Source of the DNA: Verrucomicrobiota bacterium | Lineage (GTDB): Bacteria > Verrucomicrobiota > Verrucomicrobiia > Limisphaerales > UBA9464 | Direction: 5' to 3' | Length of the DNA: 64,000 nt | NCBI GenBank assembly: GCA_038226425.1 | Contig: JBBRQL010000001.1 | Location: 495-64,494 of the forward strand | Shown here: positions 35,790 to 45,416 of the stretch, piece after piece | Layout of the letters: the number at the start of each line of letters is the position of its first letter | Position numbering within the stretch: the stretch's first letter is position 1 | Program-made: the position numbers and the translations under genes | Notes under the pieces: generated by a model | What the model was told of the DNA's origin: nothing | The model's database searches: none | What the model saw: the letters and a program-made list of their open reading frames with translations, nothing else

Positions 35790-36374
35790 ATGAGATTGCT
35801 CGGCGTCACGGGCGGTATCGGGATGGGCAAATCGGCATCTGCCGCGCTGCTCGCGGCCCGAGGTATCCCGGTCGTGGACACGGATGATCTCGCCCGGCAG
35901 TTGGTGATACCAGGGTCGGCTGCGCTCGCGGAGATCCGCATCGCGTTCGGTCCGGATTGCATCGGTGCCGATGGAGCCTTGGACCGCCGATGGCTAGCCC
36001 AGCGCATCTTCTCTGATCCGGCGGCCCGTGGCCGGTTGGAGCAGATTCTCCATCCCCGCATCGCCGCGTCGTGGCGCGCCGAGGTGGAACAGTGGCGGCG
36101 AGATGGCACTGCGACCGGAGCCGTGGTCATCCCGTTGTTGTTCGAGAAAGGCTACGGTCCCGATTTCGACGCCGTGGTCTGTGTCGCCTGCAGCAGTGGG
36201 ACCCAGCGGAGCCGCCTACGGGACCGAGGTTGGTCCGAGGAGCAGATCGATGCGCGGAACTCGACCCAACTCGGCGTCCCGGAAAAGATGTCGCGCAGCC
36301 AGTTCGTCGTCTGGACGGAAGGCAGCTTGGAAGCCCACGCCGGTCAGTGGCGGCGTGTCCTCGGCCGGCTTTGA
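35790..36374 (+). CDS. coaE: dephospho-CoA kinase
   Basis: LLGVTGGIGMGKSA (P-loop), VDTDDLAR, ILHPRI and IPLLFE. Confidence 0.9.
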   Translation: MRLLGVTGGIGMGKSASAALLAARGIPVVDTDDLARQLVIPGSAALAEIRIAFGPDCIGADGALDRRWLAQRIFSDPAARGRLEQILHPRIAASWRAEVEQWRRDGTATGAVVIPLLFEKGYGPDFDAVVCVACSSGTQRSRLRDRGWSEEQIDARNSTQLGVPEKMSRSQFVVWTEGSLEAHAGQWRRVLGRL

Positions 36375-36941
36375 CTATTTGCTGCCGGGCTTGGTCGCGG
36401 GAGTGGCCGCCAGATCGGGCGGGAGCTGGTCGGCCGGGAATGCCTCGACGACCAGCTTGATCAAGCTGACGGTCGGGACGCCGAGATCGACGGTCCCGCC
36501 GGAACGGTCCACGACCATCGCGACGCCCGCGACGTTGCCGCCGATCCCGCGGACGATGTCGATGGTCTCTTGGACGCGACCGCCTTTGGTCACGACATCT
36601 TCGACCACGAGGCATCGTTCTCCGGGAGCGATCTTGAAGCCCCGACGGAGCACCAGCTTTCCCTCCTCCTTCTCGGCGAAGATGAATCGCAGACCGAGCT
36701 GGCGGGCGACCTCTTGGCCGATGACCAATCCCCCCATCGCCGGCGCTATCACCGTGACGGCTCCGAGGCCGCGGGTCTTCTCGGCCAACGCGGCACCGAA
36801 CCGCTCGACGATGGGCATCTGCTGCAGCGCCAGCGCGCACTGGAAGAACTGCCGGCTGTGAAGCCCGCTGCGGAGGACGAAATGTCCCTCCAAGAGGGCG
36901 CCGGTGGAGCGGAACAGGCCGAGAGCTTCCTGGGTCGTCAT
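36375..36941 (-). CDS. pyrE: orotate phosphoribosyltransferase
   Basis: GHFVLRSGLHS and the PRPP motif CLVVEDVVTKGGRV. Confidence 0.92.
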   Translation of the reverse strand: MTTQEALGLFRSTGALLEGHFVLRSGLHSRQFFQCALALQQMPIVERFGAALAEKTRGLGAVTVIAPAMGGLVIGQEVARQLGLRFIFAEKEEGKLVLRRGFKIAPGERCLVVEDVVTKGGRVQETIDIVRGIGGNVAGVAMVVDRSGGTVDLGVPTVSLIKLVVEAFPADQLPPDLAATPATKPGSK

Positions 36942-37002
36942 GCGTGCGCGAGGCTAAGAACCCCTGCGCACGCGACAAGCGCGGATTCGCGCCCCGAGCG
37001 TC

Positions 37003-37887
37003 TCACCAGCGGACGCCTTCGAGGAACTTCAGCGTCCCGGGGATCTGGTTCACCGAATCCGCCGATTCGTCCTCGATGAAGTAGTGCTTCACGCCGCTCT
37101 TCTTCGCGGCGGCGAGGATCTTCGGCCAGTCCATCTGTCCGGTGCCGAGGACGACGTCGTTGTTCGGATCGGTGCCGCCGTTGTGGAAGCCGGTCGCCAC
37201 GCCCTTCTTGAGGTCCTTCAGATGGAGCAACTCCCAACGACCAGGATATTTGGCCAGCCAAGCCGCGGCATCTTCGCCGGGGAAGGTGATCCAGAGGATG
37301 TCCATCTCGAAGGTCATCCAGCGCGGGTCGGTCTCCTTCATCAGGATGTCCATCGCCTTGATGCCGGCTCCTGCGGCGCCCGGCTCGAACTCGAAGCCGT
37401 GGCAATGGTAGAAGCAGCGGATGCCGTGCTTGGCGAGGATCTCGCCGGCTTTGTTGAAGACGGCGGCGGCATCGCGGGCTTGCTGGGCGTCGAACGATCC
37501 TTTGTGGTCGATCCAGGCGCAGCCGGCGTACTTGAGGCCGAGCGCCTTGGCCTCCTTGGCGATCCCTTCGGGGTCGGTCTGGAAACGCTTGTACGGGAAG
37601 TGCCCGCTGACGGGGACCAGGCCGCGGCGGGTCAGCTCCTCGCGGAACTTCTCAGGGGTCTGGCCGTAGGTGCCGGCGAGCTCCACCTCTTGGATCCCAT
37701 AGCCCTTCACGATGTCCAAGGTGGACGGCACGTTCTTGGTGAAGTGGCCGCGGAGGCTGTAGAGCTGGAGGCCGACCGGTCCGCGGAACGAAGCGCCGGT
37801 GCCGGTCGACGACGAGGTCGTGCATCCGGACAGGACCAACGTGGCGGCGCTCAAGGCGGCGAGGAACAGACGACGAGATGCTTTCAT
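37003..37887 (-). CDS. sugar phosphate isomerase/epimerase (xylose isomerase-like TIM barrel), lipoprotein-type signal
   Basis: The real start is ATG 37887 (MKASRRLFLAALSAATLVLSGC) inside the 484-aa track ORF. Motifs include LQLYSLR, EVELAG, FYHCHGFEF and HLKDL. Confidence 0.85.
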   Translation of the reverse strand: MKASRRLFLAALSAATLVLSGCTTSSSTGTGASFRGPVGLQLYSLRGHFTKNVPSTLDIVKGYGIQEVELAGTYGQTPEKFREELTRRGLVPVSGHFPYKRFQTDPEGIAKEAKALGLKYAGCAWIDHKGSFDAQQARDAAAVFNKAGEILAKHGIRCFYHCHGFEFEPGAAGAGIKAMDILMKETDPRWMTFEMDILWITFPGEDAAAWLAKYPGRWELLHLKDLKKGVATGFHNGGTDPNNDVVLGTGQMDWPKILAAAKKSGVKHYFIEDESADSVNQIPGTLKFLEGVRW

Positions 37888-37940
37888 GGGATAAGGAAAG
37901 TCACGCAGGGCGGGACCTCGGGAAGCAACGGAAAAATCGT

Positions 37941-39254
37941 TCAGACCGACCAACCTTTGCGGTAGCTGCCGCGGATGAACCGGTCGGCGGCAGGGGAGTG
38001 GGTCGCTCGCATCGCCTTGGCATCCCAATCGATCGCCTGCCGCGCGCGGATGGCGACGTTTCCCAGCAGCACGACCTCGGTCATCGGTCCGGCCTGGTCG
38101 AAGCCGGAGAGCGTCTTCGGCCCGCCCTTGCAGGCTGTGATCCATTCGGCGTAGTGGCCAGGCTCCCAGGCTGCCTCGTGGCGCGGCATCGTCTCCGTGA
38201 TGTGCCGGAAGTCGGCCGCGGTGCGCCCGGACCGGAACGTGCCGCCGCCCTCGTAGTTCGTGTGCATGACATCTTGGTCGCCGACGATGAGCACGCCGTT
38301 GCCGTCGAACTTGGCCTTGGGGAACAGGTCTTGCGGCGGCACCTGGCCTCCGTCGTACCACCATAGCGTGAAGGCCGGTCGCGATCCGCGAGCGGCGATG
38401 TTCCAGCGGACCTTGCACGACCGAGGTCCGGATTCCTCGGTCAAGCCTTCGCTCCACGCTTCGGCGCGGGTCGCTTCGCGGATCTCGAGCGCCATGTCCG
38501 GGACGTTGAGCAGGTGGCAGCCCATGTCACCGAGGGCGCCGGTGCCGAAATCCCAGAAGCCGCGCCAATTGAACGGGACGTACGACGGTGAATAGGGCCT
38601 CTCGGGAGCACCGCCGAGCCACAAATCCCAATCCAGGTCCTTGGGGATCGCCGGTGTCGCCGACGGCCGGTCGACGCCTTGCGGCCACCAACGGCCGGGT
38701 CGGTCCGTCCAGCAGTGGACCTCGTGGATGCGGCCGAGCACGCCGGCGCGGACGAGTTCGGCATCGCGGCGGACCGCGGGATGGGAGCGCCCTTGGTTGC
38801 CCATCTGTGTGGCGACGCCTTTTCGGGCGGCCGCTTGGGTGAGCCGGCGAGCTTCCTCGATCGTGTGGGTGAGCGGTTTCTGGCAGTAGACGTGTTTGCC
38901 GAGCCCGATCGCCCGCATGGCGGGCAGGAAGTGCATGTGGTCCGGCGTCGAGACCGTCACCGCGTCGATGTCGCGGCCGACCGCGTCGAACATCCGCCGG
39001 AAATCGCGGAAGCGTTTCGCGGCCGGGAACCGCTTGCGGGCCTCGGCGGCGCGGGCGTCGTCCACGTCGCAGAGCGCGACGATGTCCTCGGTCGCGCACA
39101 TCGTGATATCGGTCCAGCCCTTGCCGCCGACGCCGATGCCGGCGATGGCCAAGCGGCCGTTCGCGCCCAGCACGCGGGCGGACGACACGAACGGGAAGGC
39201 GAGCGCGCTTGCCGCGAGGGCGGAGCGCTGGAGGAACGAGCGGCGTGTCTGCAT
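37941..39254 (-). CDS. Gfo/Idh/MocA family oxidoreductase with Tat-type signal
   Basis: Start ATG 39254 (MQTRRSFLQRSALAASALAF, twin-Arg). Rossmann motif LAIAGIGVGGKG and CDVD...VSTPDHMH. Confidence 0.88.
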   Translation of the reverse strand: MQTRRSFLQRSALAASALAFPFVSSARVLGANGRLAIAGIGVGGKGWTDITMCATEDIVALCDVDDARAAEARKRFPAAKRFRDFRRMFDAVGRDIDAVTVSTPDHMHFLPAMRAIGLGKHVYCQKPLTHTIEEARRLTQAAARKGVATQMGNQGRSHPAVRRDAELVRAGVLGRIHEVHCWTDRPGRWWPQGVDRPSATPAIPKDLDWDLWLGGAPERPYSPSYVPFNWRGFWDFGTGALGDMGCHLLNVPDMALEIREATRAEAWSEGLTEESGPRSCKVRWNIAARGSRPAFTLWWYDGGQVPPQDLFPKAKFDGNGVLIVGDQDVMHTNYEGGGTFRSGRTAADFRHITETMPRHEAAWEPGHYAEWITACKGGPKTLSGFDQAGPMTEVVLLGNVAIRARQAIDWDAKAMRATHSPAADRFIRGSYRKGWSV

Positions 39255-39416
39255 GGCGATGAAGTGGTGGGTTCCCGGGGATCGCCGGTCGGACTGCGGC
39301 GCGGGGAGATTTCTTCGGATCCTTTCCTGCCGGAGCTTCCCGGGCAAGGCCGCCGCGGGTGCGGAAAAGACTTCTCGTCCTAGCGGGCCCTTCTGGTACA
39401 AATCACCCCCTCGCGC

Positions 39417-41546
39417 ATGACGCCCAAACTTTTTTCTGAACTCGGCCTTTCACCGGAGATCCTGAAGGCGATCGAACGCCTCGGTTTCGAGCAGGCCTCG
39501 CCCATCCAAGCGGAAGCCATCCCGGTGATCCAGTCCGGCCGCGACGTCGTCGGCCAATCGCAGACCGGCTCGGGCAAGACCGCCGCGTTCGCCATCCCGG
39601 CCATCGAGAAGGTGGACATCAAGAACCGCGCGGTGCAGGTGCTGATCCTGTGCCCGACGCGCGAGCTCGCGGTGCAGGTGAGCGAAGAGGTCCACAAGCT
39701 GGCGTGCTTCAAGCCCGGGATCCGCGCGCTGCCGGTCTACGGCGGCCAGAGCTACGAGCGCCAGTTCGCGGGCCTGAAGGCCGGCGCCAACATCGTCATC
39801 GGCACGCCAGGCCGCGTGATGGACCACATGCAGCGCGGCACGCTGCGGCTCGACCAGATCCACACCATCATCCTCGACGAGGCCGACGAGATGCTGGACA
39901 TGGGCTTCCGCGACGACATCGAGGTCATCCTCAAGGCGATGCCGGTCGAACGGCAGACCGTGCTGTTCTCGGCCACCGTGCCGCCGCCCATCCAAAACCT
40001 CATCCGCAACTACACGCGCGACGCGGTCCGCGTGCAGATCGAGGCCAAGGCGCTCACGGTGCCGACCGTCGAGCAGGTCTACTACGAGGTGGACCGCCGT
40101 TGGAAGCTGGAGGCGCTGACGCGGCTCATCGAGCTGCACGACGTCACGCTCGGCATCATCTTCTGCAACACGCAGCGTATGGTGGACGAGCTCTCGGAGC
40201 ATCTCCACGCCGCCGGCTACAGCGCGGACGCCCTCCACGGCGGCATGGCGCAGGCCGCGCGCGACCGCGTGATGAAGAAGTTCCGCTCCGGCGGGCTCGA
40301 GTTCCTCGTCGCCACCGACGTCGCGGCGCGCGGCATCGACGTGGACGACATCCAGGTCGTCTTCAACTACGACCTCCCCTACGATGTGGAGGATTACGTC
40401 CACCGCATCGGCCGCACCGGCCGCGCCGGTCGCAGCGGCCTAGCCATCACGTTCGTGAGCGGGCGCGAGTTCTTCCTCGTCCGGCACATCGAGAACTTCA
40501 CCCGCCAACGGCTCCGCCGGGGCGAGATCCCGAGCGAAGGCGAGATCGAGCGCGCGAAGGAGAACCAGCTTCTCCAGCGCGTGCGCACGACGCTGCAGAG
40601 CGGGGAGTTCCCGCGCCGCGACCATTTCATCGAGACGCTGCTCGAGGAAGGCTTCGACTCCGTGGCGATCGCCAGCGCTTCGCTGCACCTGCTCACCGGC
40701 GGCGCCGAACCCGAACCCGCCAAGAGCGAACCGAAGTCGATGTCGGCGAAGCCTGCTCTCCCGGCCGGCCCGGCGCCGGCGCCGGCGCTCGCCGCTCCGC
40801 GCCCTGCGGTCTCGACGACCGCGCGGCCTCCGGCTTCTGCCGCGCCCAAGGCTCCGGCAACCCCGCGGCCCGTCGCGGCCGCGATCCAGGCCCCGAAGGT
40901 GGTCGATGAATCCGGTTTCCAGGACGGCGAAAGTGCCTCCGCCATCGGTGCCTTGCCGGCGGTCGACAGGATTGCCGCATCCGCGCCGGCCCCGGAACCC
41001 AAGGTGGCGAAACCCGCTGTCGTGAAGGCCCCGGTCAAGAGGGCGTTGGCCGCGCCCGCTGCGATGTCCGCGCCGCCGAAGCCGGCGTTGCGGTCCTCCA
41101 CTTGGGACCGTCCGGCGTTCTCCGAGAACCGTCCGCCCTCCGTTGGACGTCCGGCTCCGGCCGCCCGGCCCGAGCCCTTCCGGCCGGGTGCGGACCGCCC
41201 GGCGCAACGTCCGATGCAGGACCAGCGCCCCCCGGTCGATCGTCAACGTGAGCGGGAGCCGATGCGTCCCACGCCGGAGCCGGTACCCGAGCCTCGCCCG
41301 GTGGCCATGACCATGATGCCCGTCTGGCTGGGCGTCGGCCAACGCGAGAAGATCACACCGGAAGAGGTCATCACTTGCGTCCAAGGCCACACCGGGTTGC
41401 CGGCGTCGGTGATCGGCGGGATCGAGATCCACGAGGAGCACACCTTGGTCGACGTGACCGGTGAGCATGCCCGCGGGGTCGTGCTGAAGCTCAAGCACGG
41501 GCTGTTCCGCGGGAAACCGCTCCGGGCAAAGCTCGCCAACCGTTGA
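39417..41546 (+). CDS. deaD: DEAD-box ATP-dependent RNA helicase (DeaD/CsdA-like) with Pro/Ala-rich linker and DbpA-like C-terminal RNA-binding domain
   Basis: F..LGL Q-motif region, SQTGSGKTAAF, PTRELA, DEADEMLDMGF, SAT and HRIGRTGRAG. The C-terminus is WLGVGQREKITPEEVITCV. Confidence 0.92.
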   Translation: MTPKLFSELGLSPEILKAIERLGFEQASPIQAEAIPVIQSGRDVVGQSQTGSGKTAAFAIPAIEKVDIKNRAVQVLILCPTRELAVQVSEEVHKLACFKPGIRALPVYGGQSYERQFAGLKAGANIVIGTPGRVMDHMQRGTLRLDQIHTIILDEADEMLDMGFRDDIEVILKAMPVERQTVLFSATVPPPIQNLIRNYTRDAVRVQIEAKALTVPTVEQVYYEVDRRWKLEALTRLIELHDVTLGIIFCNTQRMVDELSEHLHAAGYSADALHGGMAQAARDRVMKKFRSGGLEFLVATDVAARGIDVDDIQVVFNYDLPYDVEDYVHRIGRTGRAGRSGLAITFVSGREFFLVRHIENFTRQRLRRGEIPSEGEIERAKENQLLQRVRTTLQSGEFPRRDHFIETLLEEGFDSVAIASASLHLLTGGAEPEPAKSEPKSMSAKPALPAGPAPAPALAAPRPAVSTTARPPASAAPKAPATPRPVAAAIQAPKVVDESGFQDGESASAIGALPAVDRIAASAPAPEPKVAKPAVVKAPVKRALAAPAAMSAPPKPALRSSTWDRPAFSENRPPSVGRPAPAARPEPFRPGADRPAQRPMQDQRPPVDRQREREPMRPTPEPVPEPRPVAMTMMPVWLGVGQREKITPEEVITCVQGHTGLPASVIGGIEIHEEHTLVDVTGEHARGVVLKLKHGLFRGKPLRAKLANR

Positions 41547-41756
41547 TACCAGCCGTCGCGGCCCCTCGGCTTCAGCCCGGGGTCGCGATCGCCGCGTTGT
41601 CTTGGTGCAGGGACATCAGAAGCTCGATGTGTCGGGTCGCGACGAGCGCGGCATGGCAGTTTTCATCGGGTGCATTTCTCGGCCCACCGGACCGTGCGCA
41701 CGCTCCGGTCGGCGGGCAGGCAGGCGAGAGGCCTACCCTACGTTGTCGACCACCGC

Positions 41757-42434
41757 CTACTTGATGGCGCGCTGGGTCGAGCCCGCGTCGCTCTTCGACG
41801 GGCAGAGGTCGCGGATCTCGCAACCGGCGCAGTCCGGGTTCCGGGCCGCGCATCGGCGGCGCCCATGCCAGATGAGCTGATGGCTGAACGAGGTCCACCG
41901 GCCTTTCGGCACCCACTTCATCAAGGCCGTCTCGATCTTCACCGGATCGGTCTCGCGGGTGAGGCCGAGACGGCCAGAGAGGCGCGCGACATGGGTGTCG
42001 ACGACGATCCCGACCTCGATCCCGAAAGCAGTTCCGAGCACGACGTTCGCCGTCTTGCGTCCGACCCCGGCGAGGGCGATCAGCTCTTCCATCGTGCGCG
42101 GGACTGCGCCGTCGTGCCGTTCGAGCAACGTCCGGCAAGCCGACTGGATGTTCTTCGCCTTGTTCCGGAACAGTCCGATGCGGCGGATGGCCTGGGCGAA
42201 CTCGTCGGCGGGCGCGTCGGCGTAATCGCGGGCGGTGCGGTGGCGCTTGAACAGCTCCTTGGTCACGAGGTTGACCTGCCGATCGGTGCACTGCGCCGAG
42301 AGGATGGTCGCGACCAGGAGTTCGAGCGGGTCGCTGAAGTTCAGCTCGCAGTGGGCGCCGGGGTAGGCGGCCTCGAGACCGGCGATGATCCGGGCGGTCC
42401 GTCCGGCTTTGGCGGCATGAGATTCGCGCGGCAC
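41757..42434 (-). CDS. nth: endonuclease III (DNA glycosylase/AP lyase)
   Basis: LVATILSAQCTD, HhH LAGVGRKTANVVL, VDTHV and the [4Fe-4S] cluster motif CAARNPDCAGCEIRDLC. Confidence 0.92.
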   Translation of the reverse strand: MPRESHAAKAGRTARIIAGLEAAYPGAHCELNFSDPLELLVATILSAQCTDRQVNLVTKELFKRHRTARDYADAPADEFAQAIRRIGLFRNKAKNIQSACRTLLERHDGAVPRTMEELIALAGVGRKTANVVLGTAFGIEVGIVVDTHVARLSGRLGLTRETDPVKIETALMKWVPKGRWTSFSHQLIWHGRRRCAARNPDCAGCEIRDLCPSKSDAGSTQRAIK

Positions 42435-42542
42435 GGGCAGGGGATAGCCGGGATATCCCGTCGTCGCAACCGGCGCGCTTCCTGGACTGTCGACGAGAAG
42501 TCCCGGTTGTCATCCGGTGCCGCTTCTGGGAGTCTCACCGAC

Positions 42543-43550
42543 ATGGATTCCCCGTTGCTCTGCACAGATTGCGGCCCCTCGTCGATCGATCGCCGCGGTT
42601 TCCTCAAGACCGCCGCGCTCGCCGCGGCGACGACCGTCGCCGGCGGCATCCCGCTCCTGGGAGAAGTGGCCCGCAAGCCGACGTCCGAGACGCTCGTGGC
42701 GACCTTCCACAAGAGCCTTTCCGCCGAGCAACGCGCGCTGTTCTGCCTTCCGTTCGACCATCCGCTCCGGCTCCAGGTGGACAACAACTGGTTCATCACC
42801 AAGGGGCGCATCGGCAAGGACCTGTCGAAGGACCAGCAGCAGATGGTGCGGGAGATCTTCCTCGGGCTGCACAGCCCCGAGTACGCGGATCGCGTGCTCA
42901 AGGCCACCGAGCATGATTCGGAGGAAGGCGGCCTCGGGGGTTGTTCGGTCGCCGTCTTCGGCGAACCGGGCACCGGCAAGTCCGAGTTCGTGCTGACCGG
43001 TCGCCACGTGACACGGCGTTGCGACGGCGATTCGGTCGAGGGCGTGGCGTTCGGCGGACCGATCTTCTACGGGCACCAGGCCGGGCCCGACGACGAGGAG
43101 CGGCCGGACCATCCGGACAACGTCTATTGGTACCAGGCCAAGCGGGCGAACGAGGTCTTCCAGATGCTGGACGGCAAGCAGCGCTCGGTCGCGCTGGTGG
43201 ACCGGCTCCGCCGCGAGCACGCGACCGAGACGGTGAAGCTGACCGGGCTGAAGACCGGGCAACCCGGCATCCCGCTCCGCGACCTCAGCCGCGACCAGCG
43301 CGGCCATGTGCGGAAGGTGATGGCCGATCTGCTCGCGCCGTTCCGCAAGGCGGATGCGGACGAGGCGATGAAGCTGGTCGAAGCGAACGGTTTCGACGAC
43401 CTCCATCTCGCCTTCAGCAAGAGCGGCGACCTCGGCAGCGACGGTGTGTGGGATGTCTGGCAGATCGAGGGGCCGGCGATGCTCTGGTATTTCCGCGGAA
43501 GCCCGCACGTCCACAGCTGGGTGAACATCCGCCGGGATGCCGGCGCTTAG
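42543..43550 (+). CDS. DUF3500-like protein with Tat-type signal
   Basis: The real start is ATG 42543 (MDSPLL...SIDRRGFLKTAALAAATTVAGG) inside the 626-aa track ORF, whose upstream part is antisense to nth. The C-terminal WQIEGPAMLWYFRGSPHVHSWVNIR resembles the DUF3500 pattern as I recall it. Confidence 0.7.
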   Translation: MDSPLLCTDCGPSSIDRRGFLKTAALAAATTVAGGIPLLGEVARKPTSETLVATFHKSLSAEQRALFCLPFDHPLRLQVDNNWFITKGRIGKDLSKDQQQMVREIFLGLHSPEYADRVLKATEHDSEEGGLGGCSVAVFGEPGTGKSEFVLTGRHVTRRCDGDSVEGVAFGGPIFYGHQAGPDDEERPDHPDNVYWYQAKRANEVFQMLDGKQRSVALVDRLRREHATETVKLTGLKTGQPGIPLRDLSRDQRGHVRKVMADLLAPFRKADADEAMKLVEANGFDDLHLAFSKSGDLGSDGVWDVWQIEGPAMLWYFRGSPHVHSWVNIRRDAGA

Positions 43551-43628
43551 CGTCGGCGGCGTCGCGTCGCGGATCCGTTGGGCGACAGCCTTGCAACCTC
43601 GGACCCTGTCTGGCACTTGTCCGACCTG

Positions 43629-44168
43629 ATGCCTTCCAAGCCATTGGCAAGCCTGACCAAGCTCAACTTGGGATGCGGGAAGAAACAGTTCCCCGACCAT
43701 GTCAACGTCGACCTGGCGGCGGCGGTCGGGCCCGATGTGGTCCATGACCTCGATCAGTACCCGTATCCGTTCGAGGATTCGCGCTTCGGCGAGGTCTGCG
43801 TCTACGACGTGGTCGAGCACGTCGCGGACATGCCGGCGTTCATGCGCGAGATCTGGCGCGTGTGCAGGCCGGGAGCGGTGGTCCGGATCACCACCCCGCA
43901 TTTCTCCAACCGCAACTCTTACACCGACCCGACCCACCGCCGGCACCTCGCGTTGTTCTCGTGGGACTACTTCACGGCCGGTCATCCGTTCAACTTCTAC
44001 GGGTCCGAAGGCTTCGAGATACGCAAAAGGATGCTCATCTTCGAGACGACCTTGGCGAACAAGCTCGTGCACCGGCTGGCGAACCGGTGGCCGGTCGGAT
44101 ACGAGGCCCGGTGGGCCTGGATCTTCCCGGCTTGGTACATGTCCGTGGAGCTCGTGGTCCGCAAATGA
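43629..44168 (+). CDS. class I SAM-dependent methyltransferase
   Basis: LNLGCGKKQFPDHVNVD, DLDQYPYPFEDSRFGEV.VYDVVEHV and CRPGAVVRITTP. ATG 43629 is preferred over the TTG at 43578 used by the track. Confidence 0.8.
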   Translation: MPSKPLASLTKLNLGCGKKQFPDHVNVDLAAAVGPDVVHDLDQYPYPFEDSRFGEVCVYDVVEHVADMPAFMREIWRVCRPGAVVRITTPHFSNRNSYTDPTHRRHLALFSWDYFTAGHPFNFYGSEGFEIRKRMLIFETTLANKLVHRLANRWPVGYEARWAWIFPAWYMSVELVVRK

Positions 44169-44201
44169 AGCAGCCTGCTCCGAGGCGCGGCCTGCCCGGC
44201 C

Positions 44202-45233
44202 TCACCTGGAGAACCGGTCCGAGATCCGCTTGGCGATGGTGAAGGCCTGGGGCACTGCCAGCTTGAAGGCGAGGCGGAGGACCGGTCTTGGTCCGATGGG
44301 ACGGTGCTGGAGGTAACCTCCTAGGAACCGCCGGAACGCGCCGCGCGCCTTCCGCAGGTCACCTTCCTCGTCGTGGCCGATGCAGAGGTAGAACTCCCGG
44401 AGGCTGAGCTCTCGGTCGATGAGGTCCGCGTGCCTTTCGCCGAGGAACCTCCGGAACGCGGAGTACGCCTTGATCTCTTCGAGCGTCCGGCGGACGAGAG
44501 GCTGGGAATTCCAATAGCTCGCGTCGTGGAGACGGTAGGTGCTCGAGGGTTCTCCACGGAGATACGCGAACGGAGCGACCTCCATGCAGAGCACCGCGAG
44601 AGGCCAGTCGCCCATCTGCATCTCGTAGAACCAGTCCGGAAAATCGCCGAAGACGGTGCGCCGGTACATCATCGACGACGTGAGCGGGAAGCCGTGGGCA
44701 AAGATGTCGCCCAGATCCAACCGGACCTCCGCGGGGTAGTGGCGTGCGTACCGGTAGGTCCCCCCGTTTGGTTTCAGGGCCCAGACTTCATGAGCGGACC
44801 CGGAGTACTCCGGATGGCCGTCAAGGTAGTCCACCTGACGTTGGAGCTTCTTGGGATCGTTCCAGAAATCATCCCCCTCCAGCAGCGCCACGTACTCGCC
44901 GTCGCAGCTGCGGAGGGTCGCGACCAGGTTCAACTTGCCGCAATGACCGAGGTTCTTCTCGTGGAGCAGCAGGCGGATGCGCCCGGGATGCTTCGCCGCC
45001 AGCTCCTTGACCAGCTCACGGGTCCCGTCGGTGGAGAGGTCGTCGCCGAGCACGATCTCGAACGGAAAATCCGTCGACTGGGCCAGGACGCTCTCGACCG
45101 CCTGGACGATGTAGCGGGCGTGGTTGTAGGTGATCATCGCCACGCTCACCTTCGGTGTCGCGGCGGGTATCCCGGCGAGGACCGACGGAGCGCGCCGCGA
45201 GGTTGGGTGAGCGTCGGGCATCATGTTCGGCAC
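44202..45233 (-). CDS. family 2 glycosyltransferase
   Basis: VSVAMITYNHARYI, EIVLGDDLSTDGT and YVALLEGDDFW (DxD-like). Confidence 0.88.
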   Translation of the reverse strand: MPNMMPDAHPTSRRAPSVLAGIPAATPKVSVAMITYNHARYIVQAVESVLAQSTDFPFEIVLGDDLSTDGTRELVKELAAKHPGRIRLLLHEKNLGHCGKLNLVATLRSCDGEYVALLEGDDFWNDPKKLQRQVDYLDGHPEYSGSAHEVWALKPNGGTYRYARHYPAEVRLDLGDIFAHGFPLTSSMMYRRTVFGDFPDWFYEMQMGDWPLAVLCMEVAPFAYLRGEPSSTYRLHDASYWNSQPLVRRTLEEIKAYSAFRRFLGERHADLIDRELSLREFYLCIGHDEEGDLRKARGAFRRFLGGYLQHRPIGPRPVLRLAFKLAVPQAFTIAKRISDRFSR

Positions 45234-45416
45234 CGTGCTTCCGTCCGAAGGGACCGAGGACCTGCCTGCCCGCTGGTTGCGCGGAGCGAGGGATCCTCCA
45301 AGAGCCGGAGACCAACTCCCACCATATAGCCCCGGCCTCTGCGAGACAACCCCGCCTTGAGGACGCCGAGGGTCCCCTTGCCTCGTCGTGTCCGCGGAGG
45401 TTACGGTCCTCCGGTC

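Noticed and set aside
41547-41756. 210-bp gap between convergent deaD and nth, inspected for an RNA gene or terminator
   Set aside because: I found only weak stems of 5-8 bp, no T-tract and no tRNA-like features. Nothing here is reportable.
41670-42542. N-terminal 291 codons of the 626-aa plus-strand ORF. Similar long 5' extensions occur in track ORFs 45155, 49418, 54575, 55552, 48909, 47699, 37003-38457, 37941-39401 and 15899-17263.
   Set aside because: These extensions run antisense through, or overlap, neighbouring real genes. Each real gene has an internal start that gives a signal peptide or family-typical N-terminus, often with a 4-bp overlap of the upstream stop.
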